A stretch of 64,000 nt of DNA from an uncultured Chloroflexia bacterium (GTDB taxonomy: Bacteria; Chloroflexota; Limnocylindria; Limnocylindrales; CSP1-4): contig OY970306.1 in assembly GCA_963716375.1 (NCBI GenBank), positions 1,137,220 to 1,201,219 on the forward strand. The letters run 5' to 3'. The first letter of the stretch is position 1. Each line of letters starts with the position of its first letter. This document shows, piece by piece, positions 7,234-18,000 of this stretch. A program made the position numbers and the translations under genes. Below the pieces are notes generated by a model. The model saw only the letters and a program-made list of their open reading frames with translations. It was not told the origin of the DNA and searched no databases.

Positions 7234-9920
7234 CGGCGCCGGCCATGACCTACCTCGCGGGAACCCTGCGCTGCGACGATCTCGCCCAGCGGCGGGCGGA
7301 CCTGCTGGCGCACCCGAACCCGGCCCTGAACGGCATCGACTTCGTCGAGATCGACCCGGCCGACCACCACAAGCTCCGAATCGTGTTCCTGCGACCGGTG
7401 CCGGCCGGCGGCTACGGCTTCGTCCTGCACCCCGAACGGATCTCGATCACCGGCGGCGTCCGGATCATCGGCGTCCAGGTCACGAGCGCGGTCGTCGCCC
7501 CGCCCAAGGCCATCGACATCGTCACCAGTGTCGGCGGCGATCACTCGCCGTACGTCCTGACGCTGAGCCATCCCGATCTCGATCCGCCGCTCTCGCAGCT
7601 GCCGATCTCGTTCACGGCCACCTGCCCGACGGACGTCGACTGCGGCCCGGACTGCACCTGCGTCCCGGAGCCGGTCGACGAGCCGCTGATCGACTACCTC
7701 GCCCGCGATTACTCGAGCTTCCGGCGGCTGCTGACGGACGTGGCGGCCACCCGGCACGGTGCCTACAGCGACGGCAATGCGGCCGATCTTGCCGAATTGC
7801 TGATCGAGCTGTTCTCGTACACCGGCGATCAGCTGGCGTACTTCCAGGACGCCATCGGCACCGAGGCGTTCCTCGACACGGCCCGCCAGCGGCGATCGAT
7901 CCGGCGCCACGCCCGTCTCGTCGACTATCGGGTCCACGAGGGCCGGAACGCCTGGACCTGGCTGTCGGTGTCGGTCAGCCTGGACGGGACGATCCCGCGC
8001 GGTACGCCCGTCCTGACCCGGATCGGGCGGCCACTCTCGCCCGGAGGCCCGGTCCCGGGCACCGTGATCCCGGATTCGTGGCTCGATCCGATCCAGCCGG
8101 AGCTGTTCGAGCGCAACCCGGCCCTCGACGACGTGATCGTCTTCGAGACCGCCCACGACCTTGCCTGCGCCAGCGTCAACGACGAGATCCAGATCCATAC
8201 CTGGGGCAACGAGAACTGCTTCCTGGCGCGCGGTGCGACGGAGGCCTACCTGTTTTCGGTTGCCGGCGGCACGGCGTCCCGGCCCGTGTTGCACGACGGC
8301 GACTTCCTGGCGTTCGAAGAGGTTCGTGGACCGACCGGCCGCGGCTATCCCGCGGACGCCGATCGAGGGCACCGGACGGTCGTCCGAATCGAGGGCGAGC
8401 CCGAGCCGACGACCGACCTGCTCTACAGCCGGACGCTCGTGTCCGCCGTCGATCCCGTCAGCGGCATCGCCCAGTGGGAGCTCCAGCGCTGGACGGCCGG
8501 CGCGGCCCTGCCACTCCTCAAGGTCCGCTGGGCAAGGGCCGACGCCCTGCCGCTGCCGTTCTGCCTGTCGGCCACGACGGAGGACGAGCGTCGCCTCCAA
8601 TCGATCTCCGTTGGTCGCGGCAACGTTGTGCTGGTCGATCACGGCCGAACGGTCTCGGAAACGGTCGAACCGGTCGTCGCCGGCCGGGTTCCGATCGAGC
8701 TGCGGCTGACCCGCGGGCCGCTGACCCAGCAGGCCCCGGCCACGGACGACCGCTGGTTCGCGACGCGTCCGTTGACGGCCGCTCGACGATCTCTCGTCGC
8801 CGAGGCTGGGGCGACCGTGCCGGCGCTCGTGGTCCGGACGTTCGACGTCTCGGGCGCCCGAACGTGGACGCCGGTGCCGGACCTGCTCGACTCGACCCCC
8901 TTCGACGAGCACCTCGTGGCGGAACCCGGTGGCTCGCTGGGCGGCTCGCTGGCGGTGCCCGCCGTGGCCGATTCCGACGCCGGCGCCGGCGGCGCAGGGT
9001 TGGAGCTCGGGGCCGGAGCGATCGTGCGCTTCGGCGACGGCACGTACGGCTCGGATCCCGAGTCCGGGCGCGCCCCGGGGACCGTGGTCTACGACGCTGT
9101 GTACCGGGTCGGCAACGGCCCGGCCGGCAACATCGGGGCGGAGACGCTCGTCCACCTCGCGAGTCCGGCCGTGGCCGGCCCGTGGCCGCTCGTAACTGCC
9201 GTCCGCAACCCGCTGCCCGCGCGGGACGGGACGGCCCCCGAGTCCGTGGACGAGGTCCGGATCGCGGCACCCGTCGCGTTCAGCGTGGACCAGGTCCGCG
9301 CCGTCACCGAGGCGGATTACGCGAAGGCCGTCAGGCGCCTGCCGAGCGTCCAGAACGCGGTGGCGACCTTCCGCTGGACGGGCTCGTGGCTGACGGTCTT
9401 CGTCGCCGTCGATCCGATCGATCCGGCCGACCTGATCGACTTCGCCGACGGCCGGTCCGGCCTGTCGGCAACGCTGGAACGCCAGGTCCGCGTGCAGCTC
9501 GAGCACGTCCGGCAGGCCGGCTACGACCTCGAGATCCGGCCACCGACGTTCGTGCCCCTCGACCTCGTCATCGCGATCTGCGTCAAGGAGGGCCACTTCC
9601 GCAGCGAGGTGGTGGCGGCCGTCCGGCGCGCGATGGGCAGCGGCTGCGAGGCGGACGGGACTCCAGGGTTCTTCAATCAGCTCCGCCTGACGTTCGGCCA
9701 GACCCTCTGGCTCTCGGCCATCTACGCCGCCGTCGAAGCCGTGCCGGGCGTGGACAGCGTCGAAGTCCGCCGATTCTGCCGGCTCGGCCAGGGCGACAAC
9801 GGCGAGATCGATCGGGGCCGGATGCTCCTGGCCGCCTGGGAGATCGCCCGCTGCGACAACGACCCGGACTTCGGCGAGCACGGCGTCCTGACGATCGTCG
9901 GCCAGGGAGGCAAGGGATGA
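7230..9920 (+). CDS. Baseplate J/gp47-like wedge protein 1 (Afp11-like)
   Basis: LNGIDFVEI, IDYLARDYSSFRRLL, QDAIGTEAFLDTARQRRSIRRHARLVDY, VRFGDG, YRVGNGPAGNIG, RAVTEADY; coupled start at 7230. Confidence 0.9.
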   Translation: MTAPAMTYLAGTLRCDDLAQRRADLLAHPNPALNGIDFVEIDPADHHKLRIVFLRPVPAGGYGFVLHPERISITGGVRIIGVQVTSAVVAPPKAIDIVTSVGGDHSPYVLTLSHPDLDPPLSQLPISFTATCPTDVDCGPDCTCVPEPVDEPLIDYLARDYSSFRRLLTDVAATRHGAYSDGNAADLAELLIELFSYTGDQLAYFQDAIGTEAFLDTARQRRSIRRHARLVDYRVHEGRNAWTWLSVSVSLDGTIPRGTPVLTRIGRPLSPGGPVPGTVIPDSWLDPIQPELFERNPALDDVIVFETAHDLACASVNDEIQIHTWGNENCFLARGATEAYLFSVAGGTASRPVLHDGDFLAFEEVRGPTGRGYPADADRGHRTVVRIEGEPEPTTDLLYSRTLVSAVDPVSGIAQWELQRWTAGAALPLLKVRWARADALPLPFCLSATTEDERRLQSISVGRGNVVLVDHGRTVSETVEPVVAGRVPIELRLTRGPLTQQAPATDDRWFATRPLTAARRSLVAEAGATVPALVVRTFDVSGARTWTPVPDLLDSTPFDEHLVAEPGGSLGGSLAVPAVADSDAGAGGAGLELGAGAIVRFGDGTYGSDPESGRAPGTVVYDAVYRVGNGPAGNIGAETLVHLASPAVAGPWPLVTAVRNPLPARDGTAPESVDEVRIAAPVAFSVDQVRAVTEADYAKAVRRLPSVQNAVATFRWTGSWLTVFVAVDPIDPADLIDFADGRSGLSATLERQVRVQLEHVRQAGYDLEIRPPTFVPLDLVIAICVKEGHFRSEVVAAVRRAMGSGCEADGTPGFFNQLRLTFGQTLWLSAIYAAVEAVPGVDSVEVRRFCRLGQGDNGEIDRGRMLLAAWEIARCDNDPDFGEHGVLTIVGQGGKG

Positions 9921-12577
9921 GCCAGGCGAGCGGTCCCGGCGGATGCGGCTGTGGCGGCGGTGGCTGCGGAGCCTGCAGCGTGCCCGGCGAGGCCATCGTG
10001 CGGATCGACAATCGCCCGTCCCTGCCCGAGGTCCGCTACCGCCGCGGCACGTTCGGGACGTTCCGGCGCACGCTCCTGGATCTCACGGCCCGTGAGTCGA
10101 CCCTCGCCCGGCTCTCCACGCGCGACTCGGACGATCACGCCGTGGCGACGATCGAGCTGTGGGCCGTCGTGGCCGACGTCCTCGAGTTCTACAGCGAGCG
10201 CTACCTCAACGAGTCGTATCTCGGGACCGCCACGGAATCGCGCTCCGTCGAGCGGCTGGCCCGGCTCGTGGGCTATCGGCCGCGGCCGGGGGTGGCCGCG
10301 CTGGCCTGGCTCGCCTTCGCACTTGAAACCGACGCGGCGGCCCTCATCCCTGCGGGAGCCGCCGTCCAGAGTGTGCCGGGCGCGACCGCCGATGGTCCGC
10401 CACCGCCCCCGGTCACCTTCGAGACGCTCGATTCGCTGGCGGCGTCGGCCGTCTGGAACGCGGTTCGCGCCTACACGACGGGCCTCCCGTCGGCGTCGCC
10501 GTTCACCGCCGGCCAGCGCCGGACCGTCCTCGAGCGTGGCACGGCGCCGGCACTCGCGGGCGGCCTGAAACCCAATGACAGGGTCGTCGCCTGGAGCACC
10601 GGCGGCGTCGAGGAGAAGGTCGTCAAGGCCATCGATGCCCGCCCGGATCGCGTCGTCGTGGAGTGGTCCGATCCGGTGGCCGGAACGGCCGGCTCGACGC
10701 CGCAGGTGCGCCGGTTCACCCGGATCCTCGGCGTCTTCGGCTCCGGCGCCCCGACCAACTGGATGCAGCCGACCTCCCAGGCGAGCGCTCCCGGAGGCAT
10801 CCGCTGGGATCTCGTGAACACGCCGTTCTCGATCGCGGCCGGCGCCACCTCGCTCGATTTCGCGGGCAAGGTGGACGATCTCGACGTCGGCGGTGCGCTG
10901 CTCGTCGTCCGTCCCAGCGGCACCCCCCGGCTCGTCACGATCACGGCGATTCGGACCGCGAGCGCGTCGGTCGGGCCGCTGACCGATTCCGTCACCCGCG
11001 TTTCGGTCACGCCCTCGCTGCCCGCGATGAACCGCCGATCGGTCCGGGTCTACGTCCTGGCCGGCCCGGCGATCGGGTTCTGGGGCGGCGACTACGCGGC
11101 CAGCGGGCTGCCCACGGCCGTCTACGTGCCGGTCTTCCGCGCGCCGCTCGTCGACGGGCGGCTGGGGGTGGAGATCGGGCGCCGCATCGAAGCCGGAGCC
11201 TGGGTCGCGGGGTCGGTGGTCGACCTGCAGGACCTCGAGCCCGGCCGCGTCGTCCTTGCCACGTGGGATGGGCCGACTGCGAGTGGCGCGAAGCCCGCGC
11301 CCGTCCCGGCGCGCCTCGATGCGCGACCGGCCCTGCCGGGGTTCGATGCCGATGGATTCGGCCACCTCCGCCTCGATCTCACGTTCACGGAGCCGCCGGG
11401 TGCGGACTGGATCGCGCTCTCGTCCCTGGTCGTGCTCGGCAATGTCGTCCGCGCCAGCCACGGCGAGACCGTGTCCGAGACGCTCGGCAACGGCGACGGC
11501 ACACGCCCGTTCCAGCGCTTCGTGCTCGGCCGCAAGCCCCTGACGTACGTCCCGGCTCGGACCCCGGGCGGCATCGCCTCGACCCTCGTCGTGGCGGACG
11601 ACGGCCTGATCCGGCCCGAGGTCCCGACGCTCTTCGAACAGCCGGCCACGAGCGCGATCGTCGCCACCGCGACGGCGCCCGACGGCGTGACGCGCGTTCA
11701 ATTCGGGGATGGCCGGGCCATGGCCGCGCGGGCCACCACCGGCGTCGGCAACGTCACGGCCCGCTACCGGATCGGATCGGGGCTCGCGGGCCGCGTGCCG
11801 GCCGAGCGACTGACGACCCTGCTGACGCGGCCGCCCGGCGTGAAGGGCGTCGTCAATCCGACCGCCGCGGAAGGCGGCGCGGATCCCGAGCCCCGTGACC
11901 AGTCTCGCCGCAACGCCCCGGCCAGCGTCCGGACCCTCGGCCGGATCGTGTCCCTCCGCGACGTCGAGTCGCTCGTGCTCGCCTCGGGTCTCGTGGCCAA
12001 GGCCCAGGCCATCTGGCTGTGGAGCGGCTACGACCGGGTCATCCACCTGACGGTGGCCGCACCGGAAGGCGACCCGCTCTCGGCGACGCTGCGCGATCTC
12101 ATCGGCGATGGGCTGAACGCGGCACGCGACACGAGCCACCGCCTCGCGATCGAGGATCGGGTCCTCGTGCCGGTGACCCTCACGGCGAACGTGGTGATCG
12201 ACCGGTTCGCCGACCGGCCGGACCTCGTCCTCGCCGGCGTGCTCGCGGCAGCCCGTGGGCTGCTCTCGTTCGACAGCGTCGCACTCGGGACGTCCCTCGC
12301 CGTGTCCGACGTCATTGCCGTCCTGGCGGCCGTGCCGGGGGTGATCGGGATCGACGTCGACACGTTCGGGTTCGCGGCCGCGGCGGGCTTCAGCGGCGCG
12401 GAACTGGACGAGCGAGGCGTCGAACGGGCGCCCGACGGCAGTGTCGCGCCGGTCCAGCCGCGGCTGCGACTGTGGCCGGCTCGCGCCGGCCTGACTCCGG
12501 GCACCGTCCGGCCGGCCGAGTTGCCGTGGGTTCGGGTGACGGGCGACATCCAGATCGTGGACGGAGGCCGGGCATGA
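9917..12577 (+). CDS. Baseplate J/gp47-like wedge protein 2
   Basis: ELWAVVADVLEFYSERYLNESYLGTA...LARLVGYRPRPGVAA, GNVVRASHGET, VQFGDG, GGADPEP, RIVSLRD; coupled start at 9917. Confidence 0.9.
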   Translation: MSQASGPGGCGCGGGGCGACSVPGEAIVRIDNRPSLPEVRYRRGTFGTFRRTLLDLTARESTLARLSTRDSDDHAVATIELWAVVADVLEFYSERYLNESYLGTATESRSVERLARLVGYRPRPGVAALAWLAFALETDAAALIPAGAAVQSVPGATADGPPPPPVTFETLDSLAASAVWNAVRAYTTGLPSASPFTAGQRRTVLERGTAPALAGGLKPNDRVVAWSTGGVEEKVVKAIDARPDRVVVEWSDPVAGTAGSTPQVRRFTRILGVFGSGAPTNWMQPTSQASAPGGIRWDLVNTPFSIAAGATSLDFAGKVDDLDVGGALLVVRPSGTPRLVTITAIRTASASVGPLTDSVTRVSVTPSLPAMNRRSVRVYVLAGPAIGFWGGDYAASGLPTAVYVPVFRAPLVDGRLGVEIGRRIEAGAWVAGSVVDLQDLEPGRVVLATWDGPTASGAKPAPVPARLDARPALPGFDADGFGHLRLDLTFTEPPGADWIALSSLVVLGNVVRASHGETVSETLGNGDGTRPFQRFVLGRKPLTYVPARTPGGIASTLVVADDGLIRPEVPTLFEQPATSAIVATATAPDGVTRVQFGDGRAMAARATTGVGNVTARYRIGSGLAGRVPAERLTTLLTRPPGVKGVVNPTAAEGGADPEPRDQSRRNAPASVRTLGRIVSLRDVESLVLASGLVAKAQAIWLWSGYDRVIHLTVAAPEGDPLSATLRDLIGDGLNAARDTSHRLAIEDRVLVPVTLTANVVIDRFADRPDLVLAGVLAAARGLLSFDSVALGTSLAVSDVIAVLAAVPGVIGIDVDTFGFAAAAGFSGAELDERGVERAPDGSVAPVQPRLRLWPARAGLTPGTVRPAELPWVRVTGDIQIVDGGRA

Positions 12578-15054
12578 GCAGCAGCCGGTTGTGGGACCTG
12601 GTTCCGATCGCCACACGCCAGGACGACCTCGAGGCGGGTGGCGCGCTGCAGGCCCTGCTGGGCATCCTGTCGGACGACGTCGACGCCGAGGAGCGCTCGC
12701 TGTGGGGCCTGTTCGACCAGCTGTTCATCGAGACCTGCGACGAGTGGGCCGTGCCCTACATCGGCGAGCTCGTGGCGAACGACCTGCTCTACGACGCCAG
12801 CCGGGCTGACGATGCCCGGACGGCGACAGAGCTCTTCACCGACCTCGCTCCGCACGACCTGCGTGCCCCGATCGCCGCCCGGGTCCGCGCCGACGTGGCC
12901 CGGACGATCTACTACCGCCGCCGCAAGGGCACGCCGGCGATGCTCGAGGAGCTGGCCCGCAACGTGACGGGCTGGCCGATGCACCTCGTCGAGTGCTTCA
13001 GCCTGCTCGACTGGCCGCAGGCACTCATCCACCTCCGGCCGCAGGCGGCGCTGCTCGACGTCCGCTCCCCGGAGCGCTGTGAGCGAGTGCTCGGTCCGTT
13101 CTCGGATGCGATGCGGACCGTGGACGTCCGATTGCCGCGTCTCGGGGCGACGAGCGGCGCGGTCGTCGGCGCCGGCGTGGTCGGGGTCGCCAGCGTCAGC
13201 GACGACCCGGTGCTCATCGACGCCGTCCCGGCCGACCCGATCGAACCGCCCTACCATCCCCGGACGGCCGCCTTCTTCGGCTGGCGCCTCCAGGCCTCGC
13301 CGCTGGTCTGGCTCGATCCGCGGCCGTCGCCGAGCTGCGCCTTCGGCTGGACGTTCAGCCCGCTCGGCAACCGGGCCCCGCTGTTCTCCCGATGGGAGCG
13401 CGAAGGCGACGAGTTCGGCCTGGCGACGGAAACCGGCGTCCCACAGCCGATCCGCCGATCGCTCTTCTCGCGCGACCTCGACGCGTATCGCGCCTCGGCG
13501 CCCGTCCGTCCGCCCTACACGAGGCTCTATGGCGAGTTCGCCGATCCCGCCGGCACCGCGCTCGAGCTTGCACCCGCGGCCAGTCTCGCGGTCTTCCGCA
13601 ACGGGGCCTTCGTGCCGCCCACCGTCGATCCAACGCAGCTGCCGCAGTTCTTCAGCCCGCAGATCGTCTGCATGCGACTCGATCCGTGGCCCGTCGCGCA
13701 ACCGGCTGGCGCGATCGTCGGCGTGGACGTCGTGGCCGGCCGATTCGTCCTTGGCGCCGGCCTGACAACCGTCGCCGATCCGACCGTCTCGCTCGCGGTC
13801 GCGTACCACCCGGGCCAGGCGGCGGGCATCGGCGGGGGCGGGTACGACCGCGCCGCGTGGCTGATCCCGTTCGGCGCCACGATCGGCGTCGGGTCGGCGC
13901 CGATCCAGCGCTTCACCGTCGGCTCGCGACCGCGCCCGGCCGGGACGCCGCCGCCGACCCACGTCACGGTCGCCGCCGCGCTCGGGGCCTGGGCGGCCGC
14001 CGGCAAGCCGCCGGCCGTGATCACGATCCAGGACTCGAGCACCTATGCCCTGCCCAACGTCACGCTCGAGGACGACTCGTGGCTCGTCCTCGAGGCCGCG
14101 AACAACGAGCGCCCGCACCTCCAGCCCGCTGCGGCCGGCTGGAAGGTCGACGTGAACGTGCCCGTCGGGGCCCGCGACCGCCGCGCGGTCCTGACCCTGT
14201 CGGGCCTGCTCGTGGAAGGCTGGATCGACTTGACGGGTGAGGTCTCGCGCCTGCGGCTGTGGCATACGACGCTCGTGCCCGGCCGTTCACTGGCCGAGGA
14301 CGGCACGCCGGCCTCACGACTGCCGTCCATCGTCGCGCCGGCCGCCAGCGGCCACCTCCAGCTGCGGATCGAACTCGCCTTCAGCATCTGCGGGCCGATC
14401 TGGGCGCCGCCCGGCGAGGAGCGAAGCACGATCCTCGACTCGATCGTGGACGGCCTCGACACGCTGGTCGACGGCAGCCCGGCGCCCTTCGCCGGACCGG
14501 CCATCACGGGCCCGAGCGGAGCGCTCGCCGACGTCGGTCCGGCGGTTCATCTCGAGCGCTCGACCGTGCTCGGCGCGATGAACGTCCGGGAGCTCTTCTG
14601 CTCCGAATCGATCGCGACCGGCCATGTCCAGGTCCAGCGAACGCAGGAAGGCTGCGTCCGGTTCTCCTTCGTGCCCGACGGGTCCGTCACGCCGCGCCGG
14701 TTCCGGACCCAGCCGGAAGCGACGATCCGGGCGGCCGAGACGGCGCGAGTCAAGGACGCGCTGGCGATCAATCCCGCCCTCACCCCGGCCCAGCAGGCGG
14801 CGATCGCCGCCGACGTCCACGCGGCCGTCGTGGCCGCGCTCCTGCCGGCCTTCACGGCCCGCTGGTACGGCGAGCCGGCGTACGGCCAGCTCCGGCGGTC
14901 GACGCCAGGCGAGATCACGCGCGGCGCCGAGGACGGCTCCGAGATGGGAGCGCTCTGCCATCTCAAGCAGTCCTCGCGCGAGGACAACCTCCGTCTCCGC
15001 CTGGCCGAGTACCTGCCGTTCGGCCTCGATCCCGCCCTCGTCTATGTCACCTAG
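12574..15054 (+). CDS. Phage tail protein I-like baseplate/fibre attachment protein
   Basis: FDQLFIETCDEWAVPYIGELV, RADVARTIYYRRRKGT, GCVRFSFVP, YGEPAYGQL, GAEDGSEMGA; coupled start at 12574. Confidence 0.85.
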   Translation: MSSSRLWDLVPIATRQDDLEAGGALQALLGILSDDVDAEERSLWGLFDQLFIETCDEWAVPYIGELVANDLLYDASRADDARTATELFTDLAPHDLRAPIAARVRADVARTIYYRRRKGTPAMLEELARNVTGWPMHLVECFSLLDWPQALIHLRPQAALLDVRSPERCERVLGPFSDAMRTVDVRLPRLGATSGAVVGAGVVGVASVSDDPVLIDAVPADPIEPPYHPRTAAFFGWRLQASPLVWLDPRPSPSCAFGWTFSPLGNRAPLFSRWEREGDEFGLATETGVPQPIRRSLFSRDLDAYRASAPVRPPYTRLYGEFADPAGTALELAPAASLAVFRNGAFVPPTVDPTQLPQFFSPQIVCMRLDPWPVAQPAGAIVGVDVVAGRFVLGAGLTTVADPTVSLAVAYHPGQAAGIGGGGYDRAAWLIPFGATIGVGSAPIQRFTVGSRPRPAGTPPPTHVTVAAALGAWAAAGKPPAVITIQDSSTYALPNVTLEDDSWLVLEAANNERPHLQPAAAGWKVDVNVPVGARDRRAVLTLSGLLVEGWIDLTGEVSRLRLWHTTLVPGRSLAEDGTPASRLPSIVAPAASGHLQLRIELAFSICGPIWAPPGEERSTILDSIVDGLDTLVDGSPAPFAGPAITGPSGALADVGPAVHLERSTVLGAMNVRELFCSESIATGHVQVQRTQEGCVRFSFVPDGSVTPRRFRTQPEATIRAAETARVKDALAINPALTPAQQAAIAADVHAAVVAALLPAFTARWYGEPAYGQLRRSTPGEITRGAEDGSEMGALCHLKQSSREDNLRLRLAEYLPFGLDPALVYVT

Positions 15055-15098
15055 GCGCGTCGCGCCACCCGCCATGCCCACCAGCCGAGGAGCCCGCC

Positions 15099-18000
15099 AT
15101 GCCAGGTGACTACTCCCGTCGGACCTACAACCCCAATCGCGACACCGTCGGGGTCTACGAGCAGCAGGGCCGCGTCCGGCTCGACGCCAACCTCAACGAG
15201 TTCGTCGACCTCATCGATCGCCGGCTGCGCGCGACCTCGCTCGACACGCTGGGGCCGGCCGTCGTGCCGGTGGAGACGCCCGATGGATTCGCGATCGCGT
15301 ACACGGCCGGCAAGCTGACGATCGGCTCCGGTCGGGCCTACGTCGACGGCATCGAGATCGACAATCACGGCCGATCCCTCGACGGGTTCGTCGATCCGGG
15401 CTTCGAGCCGAGGCTCGAGGAACTTCGTGGCCGCGGCCCGATTCCGTTCGATCGGCAGCCCTACGTCCCGGCGGCGCCCTCGCCGTTCGCCCCGGCCGCT
15501 CCCGGCGTGGGCACGTACCTCGCCTACCTCGACGTCTTCCATCGCGAACGCACCTGGGCCGAGGACGCGTCCCTCCTCGACCCCGCCCTCTACGGCATCG
15601 ATACGGCGACGCGCCGGCAGGCCGTCTGGCAGGTCCGGTTCCACGATCTGCTCGGCGGGGCGATCGACTGCTCCACGCCCGACAGCGCCATCCCGAATGG
15701 CTGGAGCGCCATCGTCCGTCCGTCGGCCGCCCGCCTCACGACCAATGCCGTCGGCGTGCCGGTCTCGACCGATCCCTGCGATATCCCGCCGGCCGGCGGC
15801 TTCCGGGGCATCGAGAACCGGCTCTACCGCGTCGAGATCCACGACCCGGGCGCGTTCGGCACGGCCACGTTCTGCTGGTCGCGCGACGACGCGTCGCTGG
15901 CCTCGCCCGTCACGAGCATCAACGGCGCGACGATCGGGATCGTCCGCCCCGGTCGCGACCAGGTCGTCCGCTTCGCGACGGGCGATTGGGTCGAGGTGAC
16001 CGACGACGATCGCGAGCTGTCCGGCCTGCCGGGCCACATCGCCAAGGTCGGGCCCGTCGACGACGTCAAGAGCGAGATGGACCTCGCCCCCGCGCTCCCC
16101 GCGGCCTTCGCCACGGCCGTCAACCCGCGGGTCCGGCGCTGGGACCAGCGGCCGGCGACGATCGGGACACTGCCGGTGACGGCCGCCCCGGTCGTCCTCG
16201 AGGACGGCGTCCAGGTGACGTTCACCCTCGACCCGGCCATTGCCGGCGGCACGTTCCGCACGGGCGAGTACTGGGTCTTCGCCGCCCGCGTCGCGGACGG
16301 CTCGGTCGAGCAGCTCGCGGCGGCTCCGCCCGTCGGGCCCCACCACCACATCGCCCGCCTCGCGGTGGTCGACGGTGGCACGCACACCGTCACGGACTGC
16401 CGGACGAAGTGGCCGTGCCCGTGCGGCGGCGACGGCGGCTGCGATTGCGACGCCTGCGTCACGGCCAATTCGCACAACAGCGGCGCGTTCACGATCCAGG
16501 ACGCCGTCACCCAGGTCGCGGCCAGGGGTGGCACGATCTGCCTCGGGCCCGGCATCTTCCGATTGCGCCGGCCCGTGGAGATCACGAATGCCAACGCCGT
16601 CCGGATCCGCGGCAAGGGCTGGACCACGATCGTCATCACGCCCGGCCGCAAGCCCGCATTCGTCGTCCAGGGCTGCCGCCAGATCACGATCCAGGACCTG
16701 ACGGTGCTGGGCTCGAAGCGACAGATCCTTGCCGAGGAGGCCGTCAAGGGCACCTTCTCGATGGCCGAGCTCGGGGGCACGATCGCCATCGGCGTGGCCA
16801 ACACGATCGGCATGACCGTCGAACGCTGCATCCTCTTCACGGCGCCGGTCCGGCCCGACCGGGCGCCGACCCTCGCGACGCTCGGGGTGGTCGTCGGCCT
16901 GACGGTCCGCGAATGCGTGATCGTCGGCGTCGTGGGCATCGGCAATCCGCTGCCGACGGTCTCGCCCGGCAAGCACATCGCGGGCATGAAGCTGACAGGG
17001 GCCCAGTCGTCGTTCGCGGGGTCGCCGTCGGCGGTCTACGGCGTCGGCGGCGAGCTCGGAGCGAGCGATCGCGAGCAGTACCTCTCGGGCCGCCTGCTGA
17101 TGGCCCACTGGAACGTGATCGACAACCTCGTGGCCGCCGGTCGGGCCGGGGTCGCGCTACTCGGTGCGGTCGTGGCCGCGGCCGACAACCGCTTTGCACG
17201 GAACGATCTCGTGGCCCTGATCGACGCGGGCATCGCGATCGCCACGATCTCGTTGCTCGGGACGATGGAGATCGACGACAACATCGTCGCCTCCGGCGGC
17301 TTCGGGATCCTCTGCGGCACGAACACGGCGCGGATCACCGACAACACGGTGATCGGCTTCCCGACCGGCCGGCTCGGCTCGCTCGGCCCGGTCATCACGA
17401 CGACGACCACGACGACGATCTTCCCCGGCCATGTCTGCGGCGAGGACATCGAGATCGTGGACACCTGGGTCACCGTGAACGGCCCGCTCAATCCGTCGGG
17501 GATTCGGACGCGGGCGGGCATCGTCGTCGTCGATCCGCTCGGTCTGGGGGCCCGGCTGCGGGACATCCGGATCGTCGGCAACGACGTCAACGACGTCGTC
17601 GGTCTCGGGATCGCGGCCCTCTCGCCCGTCCGGCGGCTGCTGATCGATGCCAATCACGTTGTCAACGTCGTGGCCGGCGGCATCGTCACGGTCAGCCTGC
17701 GCAGCGAATCCGTCGTCATCTCGGCCAATGTCGTCGAGCGGGTTCGCGGCGCCGACATCGACCGCGGCAAGGAGGTCGTCGGGTTGCTCGCCGGGTCGGC
17801 CTGGACGACCAGCTCTGCCAGCCTCGGCCTCGGCGCGATCTCGGTCCTGCGGGCCCTGCGGGCCGACGCCCACGACAACATCGTCAACCAGGTCGCCACG
17901 AGTGGCGGCCTCGCCCTCGGCATCACGTTCGTCGGCGTCCGGAGCGGCCGGATCGTCTCGAATCGGGTCCAGGCGGTCGGCGACGATCGGGGGGCGGCGA

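Noticed and set aside
201-12616. Very long minus-strand ORFs (201-3491, 7194-9881, 9722-12616)
   Set aside because: Antisense shadows of motif-bearing plus-strand genes. High GC suppresses stop codons and the translations have no recognisable motifs.
8078-15098. Long N-terminal extensions of ORFs 8078, 12019 and 14259
   Set aside because: Arg/Pro-rich off-frame sequence overlapping upstream genes. Coupled or RBS-supported starts lie at 9917, 12574 and 15099.
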